The notes below the pieces were generated by a model, which had not been told where the DNA came from, made no database searches, and was given only the letters and a program-made list of their open reading frames with translations. Below, in pieces: positions 52,901 to 64,000 of a DNA stretch of 64,000 nucleotides. The stretch spans positions 33,046,001 to 33,110,000 of the forward strand of contig CP158635.1 in assembly GCA_050273025.1 (NCBI GenBank), written 5' to 3'. Within the stretch, counting starts at the first letter, position 1; the number at the start of each line of letters is the position of its first letter. Position numbers and translations under genes: made by a program. Origin of the DNA: Cenococcum geophilum (lineage: Eukaryota).

Positions 52901-54897
52901 AAGCCTTTGGCCTTTTGCCTTTATTAAGTGCCGAAGTAGTTCGCTATCCTACTTCTCTTATGTCTTGCGAAGCGATAGACATTGTATCTAGTAGGGTTTT
53001 AATCCCTACTAATGTTCCTTATTCTATAGTGGAATTATCCTCTACTTTTAGTATAATATCTCTAAGGTCTGCTCGCTCCTAGTAAGCGGCCCTTATTGCC
53101 TTATTGTTATGGAATATTTCGCCTAGGTTAAATTTATCGTCCTTAATATCCGATCTGCAAACTAGTTCGTTGGTTCCTCTATATTTTATAGGTGCTAGCT
53201 CTTATAGCTAATAGCTTGCGCCATACTTAGCGTCCTTATGAATTTAGTATGCGTTGTTATAATAAAACGCAAAACTTCTAATTGAATATTCTTTTGTTCC
53301 TCGCAGTATATTATTATCCCTTTATATATATATGTTGTCTACTAGTCTCGTTCCTTTTACTATATAATAACTCTGCCTACTTCTATAGTCTCTAATATAA
53401 TAACCTTATTTTCCGCAATTTATGTAAGCTCTTTCTTTAAACTATTTCTCTTGCTATGGAATCCGCCTAAACGTCTTCTGCTGTTAAGATCCCTAATTTG
53501 GCCTTTGCTCCTTAGACCTTTAATTACTTAATTCTTGTCCTTTGGGTTTCTATAGTTTACTCCTACTCTTATAGGCTTCTTTAATACTACTTAGGTCTAT
53601 TAGCTCTGCGCTATACTATAGTTTCTAACTTAGCTTTTGTCGTTATATACTCTGCGCCTTATATAACTATAGAACTCTATCCTAGCCTCTCTTAGCCTAT
53701 TCTCTTTAGTAGATTTAATTGTTAATCTTAATTGCCTAATCTATTAGTTCCCTTAGGGTGTCCGCATCTTCTATTAGAATAATTACGTCCTAGACTTTAG
53801 CCTTAAGTCCCTATTTGTACTATGCTATAAGCGCCCTATTATTCTACTTTACTTATATTGCTAGTATCTAGAACTATATTATATACTTAATTACTAAAGT
53901 TCGTTATATGAGGTTCTAGAGTTTTCTTTCCGCTGTAGTTATTTCTTCCAGGTCTTTAAATATCTGCGTAAGTTATTCTGCGAATCCTTCCTAACTTAAG
54001 AATATAAATTACACGTCTTGGTTAGTGGTTATTATTCCGTTTGCCTGTATCTCTATAAGGTAAGGTTTAAACTACTTAAGTGCTTTTCCTAATAAGAATA
54101 GTCCTGCATAGGCTATCCGATCTATAGGTATAGGTAACTTTACTCCCTCCTGTAAGACCTTAAAATATATCTACGTAAGGAATCCTTTAAGCTTTAACCT
54201 CTCTCCTATAAATCTCTTAATTGATAGTAGCTTAATCTTTGCTGCTTCTATCCCGTTAAGTCTTTCTTCTAATACTATATTATTAGCTATTAGCTAGTCG
54301 ACTATTTCCTATAGCTGTCTAACCGTTACAGGTTGCTATAAGTTAGTATCTGCTATACTAGTATTACCTCCTATCCTTAAAGTAGTTGCTGCCGTTAATA
54401 GCGTCGTGGTGGCTACTTTTGGTGGTATATTGTTTAACTTCTTATATTAATACCGTAACTAGGTAGTAATTGTGTAACGGAACCTTATAGCAAGAACTAC
54501 GATGGGCTTATTATTAGGCTAGGTGTATAGGAAATGCAAGTATAAAAGTTAACAACGTAATAATAACTGGTGGAGTGGTTGCCTAACAGATTAACTCTAA
54601 TTGTATTCTAAGAATTACTATAAGGAAGGAACTATCTAGGTAGGGACTAAGGGTCCTTAAATACACAACCGTACTCCTATAAAATCCTTCTTATATATAA
54701 TGTACGTCTTATACGTAAGGTACGTAAGTTCCTTTTGTTCCTTTTATTTAATACGTAGCACATTATATAACCTTGGTTACTATTCCTCGTCACATAGTTC
54801 TATCGGCTCTATCCTAGACCGTGCCTAAATTAACCAACTAGCTTCTTCTGTCTCTTCTCTAAGTAGTTATAACATTGTACTTAAAGCGTCCGTAACA
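46918..54897 (-). mobile_element. Full-length Ty3/Gypsy chromovirus family A, copy A3 (8.0 kb), RIP-inactivated
   Basis: 425-bp LTRs at 46918-47342 and 54473-54897, TSD ATAAT; reverse complement colinear with A2. Confidence 0.97.
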
Positions 54898-56569
54898 ATA
54901 ATACGATTTAGATATATCCTAGTCGTATATTTTAAACTACTGCTAGTTATAGACTAGACGGTCTTAGAGGTAGATTTGTTACCCTTATATCCCCTTACGG
55001 CTTCCTAAGATAGTATAGCTATATCGTAGGCTATAACTAGGCTGCCACTTCTACTAAGTTAATATATACCGACTCTACTTAGTATATATCTTCCTAAAAT
55101 TCGCTTAGCTCTTTCTTATTTTAGTACTATTACTTTCTATAAGCTTTACTAAAGCAGTCTTTAGTTAAACAACTATCGTTATTATATTGAGATTGATATT
55201 TGTATTCTACCTTAGCTAGTCTTTAAGGAACTAAATTTGATTATTACTTGGTAAATACGGTATTAGACTTCCTAGGCGCTTATGTATTCTAGCGTAAATT
55301 TAGTTATTCTTGTTTATATATAGGAACTTACAGTGGATTAGTTCTTAGAGCTTTAAGTATTAGTTAATAAAATAATAGGGGCCTCTGTATCTAAAATATG
55401 TCTAGGCTTATATATAGTATATGCTAAAGTTTTCTAATCCTCTATACCTTTTTAGGCCTGGCTTATATTGCTTTTATAGTACCTCCTTATAAAATAGTAT
55501 TCGTCTATTATTTATTACTAGTTATAGGCCCGTTTATTCTTAACGTACTAGGGCCTTATTTAGGAGCTGTGTATACTATATTAAATCTTAGCCAATTCTA
55601 TTAAGGAACGGTATTAAGGACGTAATGCCTACTAATTTAACCGTCCTAAGATTAAGCCTCCTAAGTTAACTAGTAAGGTTCTTTAGTTTAGGGTTTATTT
55701 CCTAGGTTATTTAATAAATACTTACTAACTTATTAAGTTAAGAGACTATAGGCGGCTAAAATATAGTATCTTTTTAGTTAGATATAATTAGTTACTAATT
55801 GTGGAATTATCTAACTATCTAACAAAGACCTTACTCCTTAGGATTTATTATTAATAGATGGTCTACGCCCTTATGCGAATTAAGCCTATCCTCTATAGCC
55901 CTCTTTAGCAGGTAGAAGTTAAAAGATATTTATCTATCCGGGTTAGCTCCTATCTTAATTATAGCATATCTTTAATATTTAAATAAGAGTCCTTTTATAA
56001 ACTAGTATCCTTATTTACTGTTTTTTAGATTACTAGCCTTAGTAACCTTTTAGGAAATTAGCATAAATTATTTATAATATTCGCATATGCTACTAGGTAG
56101 GTTATTCTTATACTATAGTGTATAAGCTTCTAAGAATTCTATCGTCTTGACTTATTAAAAGTAGTTACTTCCTTAGTAGTCTATCTAAAGTTTTCTTATA
56201 AGTTCTATCTAACTACTAATTATAAACTTAGGCAGGCTCCAGACCTAAGTCCCTATTTAATAATTATAATATTCTAAAAGTCCTTATTACTTTTTATTGT
56301 CTATAATACTATATAAGATATATAATTGCTTATACTATTTAATAAATTATAATACGTTTTATCTTATAAAGTAAGGAGTCCCTAAAGTTAGTATAAGCTA
56401 GGCTATAATATATACCTTATCTTATTCCGTTAGTAGTCTATTATAAAGTAATAGACTTATAGTTTCTCTAAGGATAGGTAAGTTAACCTCCTAGTTCTTA
56501 TCCTCTATTTACTAAGGGTTATCGGTCCTAGATATTATAGGAGTTAGGTTTAATATTATATCCCCTAGA

Positions 56570-59500
56570 TATTACGGGACACCCCTATAACACCTTACAC
56601 ACGTCTACCTATTTCCACCGACTTAGCAATTAGAGACTAACCGCGAAATGGCAATTTAACGGCAATCTAATGGCAATCTAACGGCAATCTACGGCATTCT
56701 GCTATATTCTGCCAAATTCTACTAAATTCTACTAAGTTCTGCTAGGACTATAACCTAAACCCTATTCTGCCTATGCACGTATTAACTAAGCAACTAAGCC
56801 AACGATATATACCCTTTCTTCCCGTTTTCCTACCTTCTTTCCTTACGCAACGTCTTAACTTTATTATGTAGTTTATATACATAGCTTAATAATACCTACT
56901 TCGCTATATATTATTACCGCTTATGCTTACTCCATGACACTACGTTACATCAAAAACCTATACTACCCTCTGAAAATGTAGAACAACCCTAAAGCCCCCG
57001 TAATAGCTAATGCTATTATAGCTGCACTTTAAAAACAATTAGTAGGTATATAGAAGTCCTTTATAGACGCCCTTATATAGCACTAAGCTACTTTAACTTA
57101 ATAGTAAGCCGAATAAGACGCATAATAACAACAATTAATTAAAGCACTTTAAGAAGAAGTCCGCATTCTTAAGATGCCTATATTAAGGCCTTAAGACCAA
57201 ACGCCATTTCTAGAGATAAATACGCGGAACGCAAGCCCTAAATTAGTAGTAGTTACTTATCCTATAGAACTAACTACTGCACTAAAACGATCTAAGAAAC
57301 TACTAGACCCCCTAGTATTTACCGGTAAATAATAAGAGCTTTAGTTATTTTTAAGCCGGCTTAAGAATAAGCTAACTGGTAATGCTAACCGCTACCTAAC
57401 CGAAGCTAACTAACTCTATTACGCCCTAAGTTAACTAAAAAAAGACGCAGCTAACCTTATTAAACCTTTTTAACTAAACTTAGTATAAAGCCTAGTTATA
57501 CTTCTTAAAGCCATATACGGTAACCTAAACCGCTAAGCCACTGCTTAAAAAAAGATAAACCAAATAACTTAAGAAAAAAAAAGTTTCCTAGTATACTTCT
57601 CTAAATTTAACCGCTACGCAAAGGAAATAGGCTAGAATAACTCCGCACTAATTAACAGCCTTATTAAGTCCTTAAGCCCTAAACTAAAAACCTCCCTAAT
57701 AGGCGTAGACCTCTTAGAAACTCTTAACGCCTATATAAACGTTATTAACAAATAGTATAACGATATACTACGCCTTATACTAAAGCCCGTTTATTAGTAT
57801 AATATAACAACCCCGTAAATATTTATTAAGTTATCGTCTCAACCTAAGCACCCTAACGCCATAGATATTAACACTAGGACCCTAGGATACGCCCTATTAG
57901 GGTCCTCTAAATGAAAACAACGCATTAAGCTAGGCCTCTACTTTAAATATAAAAGTGGCTCCTACCTCTTAAACTACTACTCTATCCCTATACCCTAAAA
58001 CGATTTACAAATAGCTAGCACTAGCAGCCGTTTACTATATTAATCTTCCAGTTACCGTCCCCAATCTTTATCTGGTTCTACCCCTATGTCTAGTAAGCAC
58101 TATTTATAAGGACGAAGCTACAACCGACGTCCTATAAGAACCCCACCGCAATCGCCTCTAAAAGGAAGGTCCTAGAGCTAAGTCGCTCTCCGGGATAGCT
58201 CTGCTACAGGATCTTATTAAACGCATTTAACGTTATAAACTCTAACTCTTAGGACCGTAGCATAACTATTAACTATTATTTTTAGTAGAATAGTTAATAG
58301 GCTAACGCTTAAATCCTAATTAACATAGGAGCTAGCGGTATAGGATTTATTAATAAGATCTTTACGTAAGATAATAGTTTTACCCTAACCCCCCTTAACC
58401 AGCATATTAACGTATTTAGATTTAATGGCAAACGTACCATCTTAGGCCGTATTACCTATATGGTAACCCTAAGACTCTAATATCTAAACCATAAAGAACT
58501 AATTAAGCTTTTTGTTACCACCCTAAGTCACTTAGTAATCCTTAGATAACCCTAGATAAAGCTATATAAGGTAACTATTAATTAAAATAACCTTAAGCTT
58601 CTATTTACCGCCTCCCGTTATAAGCAGAAGTGCTTTATAACTCACTACTTAGACCCAAAACCAAAATCTAAAGAATCCACCAGATTCCACTAATATAAGA
58701 TTTCTACTAAATTCCACTAATATAAGAATTCCACCGACACCCACTAAGGATCCGAAAATTCCACTAAGCTCTATAAGTTATTACTAAGCACTATACCACC
58801 CCAAACTAAATAGAAACTTAAGCTTAGTATATAAAACTACTAAAAGGACTAGTATCCTATAATAAAAAGAATACTTAAAGAACCCGAACCTAAATCTAAT
58901 ACTAACTCCGTATCTAACACTAAACCTAAACCTAAATAAGAAACTATGGACGAGCCAAATAAGCTTAGTACCCTAGATATCCGCATAATTAGAGCTACTC
59001 CGTTAGCGCAACTTACTAAGAAACCTAAATATACAATCTTTGCTATTACTATAGCTAATATCAAGAAGGCCTTAGTACTAAAAAAGCACACCAACCCTGC
59101 TATAAAGGTACTAGTAGAGTACTATAACCGCCTAGAGGCATTTTTATGGAAGGAAGCTAATAAGCTACTAGAATACCAATTATACGACTATAAGATTATA
59201 CTTAAAGAAGGAAAGCAGCCTAGATTTAGACCCTTATACGGGATATCCTAAAATAAACTCTAAGTACTATAAAAGTATTTAGATAAGAACCTAAGTAAAG
59301 GATTTATTAGAGCAAGCTTATCGCCTATAGCCGCACTAGTAATCTTTATTAAGAAACCCGGCGATAGTTTACGCTTCTATATAGACTACTAAGCTCTTAA
59401 CGCCGTTACCATTAAGAACTAATATCTGATCCCGTTAATATAGGAGACACTAAACCAACTAAGCAAGGCTTATTACTACATAAAGCTTGATATTATCTCT

Positions 59501-62482
59501 GCATTTAACTGTCTTTGCATTATAAAAGGGAACAAATAGCTTACTGCATTTCGTACCCAATATAGACTATTTAAGTACTTAGTAACACCCTTTAGCCTTA
59601 TAAACGCCCTAAGCTCGTTTTAACATTATATAAACAATACCCTACACCCCTACCTAGATATCTTCTATACTGCTTATATTAACGACATCCTAATATATAG
59701 TAATAACCTAACTAAACATCAAAAACACGTTAACCTTATCCTATAAGCCCTATACGGAGCTGGTCTATAATTAGATATAAATAAATATAAGTTCCATAAA
59801 ACGGAAGTCCTATACCTTAGACTCCTTATTTCTATAAACAGTATATAAATAGACCCGAAAAAAGTTAAAGTAATTATAAACTAGCAAAAACCTAAAAATA
59901 TTAAGGATATAAGAGCCTTTATAGGATTTGCTAATTTCTACCAATAGTTTATTAATAACTTCTCCGCCCTAGTTTTACCCCTTATAGCTCTAACCTAAAA
60001 GGATAAAATCTTTATCTTTAATAAGGAATATAAGAAGGCCTTTATCTATCTAAAGGTTATATTTACTACTGCGCCTATACTTTAACACTTTAACCCAAAC
60101 CAAATAAGTGTTATAGAAGCCAACTTATCTAACTACGTCACCGGAGGCATCCTATCTTAGTATAACGAGGATGGAGTATTGCACCCCATAGTATACTTTT
60201 TAAAATAACTAAGCCTAGCTGAATATAACTATAAGATCTATAATAAGGAATTATTAGCTATTATTAGGTGTTTTAAATAATGGCAACCTAAACTAGAAGG
60301 CGCTAGATTTTTAATTAAGGTCCTTAGTGACTATAAGAACCTACAGTACTTTATAACCACAAAACAGCTAAGTTATTATTAGGCCCACTAGTTAGAATAT
60401 CTGTCTTATTTCCAATTCTTAATTACGTACCACCTAGGCGTTTAAGGTTAGAAGCCTAATGCCCTAACCTAACGCTCGCAAGACACGCCAGCCCTAGAAG
60501 AAGCGCGCTCTTACCAAAATTAGACCCTACTTTACCCTAAACTATTTAACCCTCCTACTAAAGATCTTATAATACACGTCCTTAAAATAACTAATTAATT
60601 AATTAAACAGATTATAGTTAATAAATACCCAAATAACGAGTTTATCTAAGAGACGCTTAAGCTAATACAAGATAGTATCAGACGCTCTAAAAAGATTTCT
60701 CTAAGTAAATACAAAGCCTATGGAAATTGCTTATATTACTAGAACTGTCTAGTTATCCTTAATTACAATAAGCTTAAGCTTAAACTCCTTAAATACGTAC
60801 ATAATCTACTTATCGCCGGCCACCTAGGCCAAGGAAAGACCCTAGAACTACTCCAACGGGAGTATTATTAGCCGAATATACATAATATAACACAAAGGTA
60901 CGTCTCTAGCTACTATACCTGCCGATAAGCTAAAGCCTCGCATGAGACATATAACGGTCTTTTAAAGCCACTACCCGTTCCGGACCGAAGATAGAAGGAT
61001 ATCTTAATTAACTTTATTATTAACCTTCTTAAGAGTAGAGGCTGCACGAATATTATAGTAGTTATAGACTAACTATCTAAAATAAGACACTTAATCGCCT
61101 ACCCTAATATATTAACGCCTACTATTACCTAACTATTTCTAGATTACGTATAGAAACTCTACGGACTCCCTAAAACAATTATCTCTAATAAAGGCAGCTA
61201 GTTTATCTTAGTATTCTAGAAGAAACTAACTACTTAACTCCACATTAAAGCACTATTGTTTATTATATATTATCTAGAAACGGATAGCTAAACGGAATAC
61301 GTAAATGCTATAATGGAATAGTATATTTGGATATACACGTTATATTTATAGGATAACTAGATTAACTAGCTTATATTCGCCAAGTTTACTATAAATAATT
61401 CCGTCTTAGAAACCACAAAAGTCTCCCCATTCCTAGCCAATTACGGCCAGTACCCACGAATAGGTTTTAAACCCTTTAGTAATATTCCTTACCCTACTTA
61501 TTACGCCTTATAAGTTGCAGAAGCAAATAAATTTATAAAGAAGATGGAGGAACTATAACAGTTCCTTACTAATGAGATAACATAGGCTTAATCTATCTAT
61601 AAAGCCGCAGCAAATAAGAAACAAACCCCAGCACCGGCCTACTAAATTAGTAATTTCGTCTGGCTAAATATAAGAAATCTGAATACAAAATAACCTACTA
61701 AGAAACTTAATTAGAAGAACGCTGGCCCTTATAAGGTTAAAAAGGTTATCTCTCCTTATGCCTACTAACTAAAGCTCCCTAATACGGTTAAAATCCACCC
61801 CGTATTCTATACGTCAGTCCTCCGCCCTGCTACCCCTATATTAGACGCCCTACCTAAACAGATATAAGACCCTCCCCCGCCAGTTAAAGTAGATAGTAAG
61901 AACGAATACTTTGTTAAAAGAATTAACGATATTAAGTATAACAAACGGAAACGCTAATATATATATCTTATAAAATGGAGAGGCTTTACTAAGTCCTTAT
62001 AGGAACCCGTTAACTCTATAGGACTTACACAAGCCGCAGAAGACTTTCACAAACTCCACCCAGAACTACCACAGCCCCATCTTGCAAAAGCTCAAGTTTA
62101 AAGGGGGGGTACTATTATAGGACACCCCCGTAACACCTTATATACGTTTACCTATTTCTACCGACTTAGCAATTAAAGACTAACCATAAAATGGCAATTT
62201 AACGGCAATCTAATGGCAATCTAACAGCAATCTACGGCATTCTGCCATATTCTGCCAAGTTCCATTAAATTCTACTAAGTTCTGCCAGGACCATGACCTA
62301 AACCCTATTCTACCTATGTACGTGTTAACTAAGCAACCAAGCCAATAATATATGCCCTTTCTTCCCATTTTCCTACCTTCTTTCCTTACGCAACGTCTTG
62401 ACTTTATTACGCAGTTTATATACATAGCTTAATAATACCTACTTCGCTATATATTATCACCGCTTATGCTTACTCCGTGACA
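56570..62482 (+). mobile_element. Full-length Ty3/Gypsy chromovirus family C, copy C1 (5.9 kb), RIP-inactivated
   Basis: 370-bp LTRs at 56570-56939 and 62113-62482, TSD CTAGA/CTAGG, polypurine tract AAGGGGGGG. gag, protease ~58300, RT YI(D)DILIY ~59675, RNase H, integrase, chromodomain ~61885-62060. Confidence 0.96.
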
Positions 62483-62932
62483 CTAGGTCTGGAAAGCTTC
62501 GTAGGTTAATAGGCTACTTATTTCCTTCTCCGCTATTATTATAGAATAGGCCTAGTCCTAGGATTCCCTTTATTGGTTCTATTGCTATTACTTTTATAAA
62601 TTTAATAAAGGCTTATATAAAAGTAAGAAGAATTATATATACTATTATAAATATAGTAAATAAAAAATTTAAAACTTCCTTCTGTTGTTCCTGGTGTACT
62701 ATAACTCTCTTTTTTATTCTCCGTCTTGCCGTACTATATTCTTATATTCCCGCTACTAATTATCTATTTCGTCTATTATAGGTCTTAGATAAGGAACTCT
62801 AAAAGTATTATTAACTCATTTTAATAATAGTAATACCTACACATATCGCTAGTAGTTTTACGCTTAGTTTCTATACCTATTAACGACTTAACAGCTTTTA
62901 ATAACTAGGGACTTAATAGTTTTTAGTCCTTC

Positions 62933-64000
62933 TGTTATGGGACACCCCTATAATACCTTATATACGTTTACCTATTTCTACTAACTTAGTAACTAAAGAC
63001 TGACCACGAGACGGCAACTTGCTATATTCTACTATATTCTACTAAGTTTTACTAAGTTTTACTAAATCCTACTAAGTTCTGCTAGGACTACTACCTAAAT
63101 CCTATTTTACTTTATATACGTATTAACTAAACAACTAAGTCTATAATATATACCCTTTCTTCCCATTTTTCTACCTTCTTTTCTTATATAACGTTTTAAC
63201 CTCCTTATATAGTTTATATATATAGCTTAATAATATCTACCTTGCTATATATTATCGCCGCTTATACTTACTCCGTAACACTACGTTGTATTAACTACTT
63301 ATACTACCGTTAACATATAAAACAAACCTAAAACTTCTATAACGGCCGCCGGTATTATATCCGTACTCTAAGAATAATTAGTAGGGATATAGAAGTCTTT
63401 TATAGACGCCCTTATATAAAACTAAGCTATTTTAAATTAATAATAAGCCGAATAAGAAGTATAATACTAGTAATTAATTAAGGACCTCTAAGAAGAAATC
63501 TGCACCCTTAAGATGCCTATACTAGGACTTTAAGGCTAAACGCCTTCTTTAGAGATAAATACGCGGAACATAAGCCCCGAACCTATAGTAGTCTCTTACC
63601 CTAAGCCGACTACTATACCGTAATAATCCAAATAACTACTAGGTTCTTTAGTATTTATTAATAAATAATAAGAGCTCTAATTATTTTTAAGCTAGCTTAA
63701 AAATAAGTTAACTAGTAATATTAACCGCTACCTAACTAAAGCTAACTAATTCTATTACGCCCTAAGTTAAGTAGAAGGAGAGGTAGCTAACCTTATTAAA
63801 CCTTTTTAACCGAACTTAGTATAAATCCTAGTTATACTTCTTAAAGCTATATATAGTAACCTAAACTACTAAGCTACTGCTTAGAGGAAAATAAACTATA
63901 TAGCTTAAGGAACGAAAAGTTTCCCAGTATACTTCTCTAAATTTAACTATTATATAAAGGAAACTGGCTAGAACAACTCTGCACTAATTAACAGCCTTAT
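62933..64000 (+). mobile_element. Gypsy family C, copy C2: 5' LTR (62933-63280) and start of gag, runs off the window
   Basis: TGTTATGGGACACCCC...CTCCGTAACA LTR and gag colinear with 56570-57670. Confidence 0.92.

Larger units (their letters stand above)
45700..62932 (-). mobile_element. Old Gypsy-like element D (gag-protease) fragmented by A3 and C1; pieces ~45700-46912, 54903-56564, 62488-62932
   Basis: RIP-reversed LIDSGAELNLI (~46440-46410) and VILG.PW (~46210). The TSDs of A3 and C1 show the pieces were contiguous. Outer limits not determined. Confidence 0.55.

Noticed and set aside
58946..59251. 101-aa ORF and the other short ORFs in AT-rich regions
   Set aside because: Fragments of RIP-mutated pol or chance Leu/Ile/Tyr-rich frames.
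1..64000. Starship element, telomere, rRNA or tRNA genes, alternative genetic code
   Set aside because: No tyrosine-recombinase captain motif, TTAGGG array or structural RNA recognised. In-frame TAA/TAG differ between copies and follow the RIP pattern.

Overview
Transposon graveyard from a filamentous ascomycete, degraded by RIP (repeat-induced point mutation): pervasive CpA>TpA and TpG>TpA change, no intact long ORF. The only host-type gene is an intron-containing Hsp70-like pseudogene (~4470-6863, minus). The rest is nested mobile DNA, much of it resolvable by LTRs/TIRs and target-site duplications (TSDs): three chromodomain Ty3/Gypsy families (A x3, B x1, C x2 plus a C-like LTR), an older fragmented Gypsy, a Ty1/Copia, two 5'-truncated RNase H LINEs, a hAT end, a pogo/Fot1 end, a Tc1 element and a composite Fot1 element. 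Most unusual: (1) all three Gypsy A copies carry an antisense, apparently intron-containing gene for a Zn(II)2Cys6-like cluster plus predicted coiled coil between the chromodomain and the 3' LTR; (2) two ~2 kb non-coding elements with CATCAG...CTGATG ends, 2-bp TSDs and a shared core of tandem-repeat modules; (3) Fot1-type TIRs enclosing both a pogo transposase and a full-length piggyBac-type transposase that has no visible piggyBac ends. All protein readings are by-eye translations with RIP changes reversed; no database searches were run.
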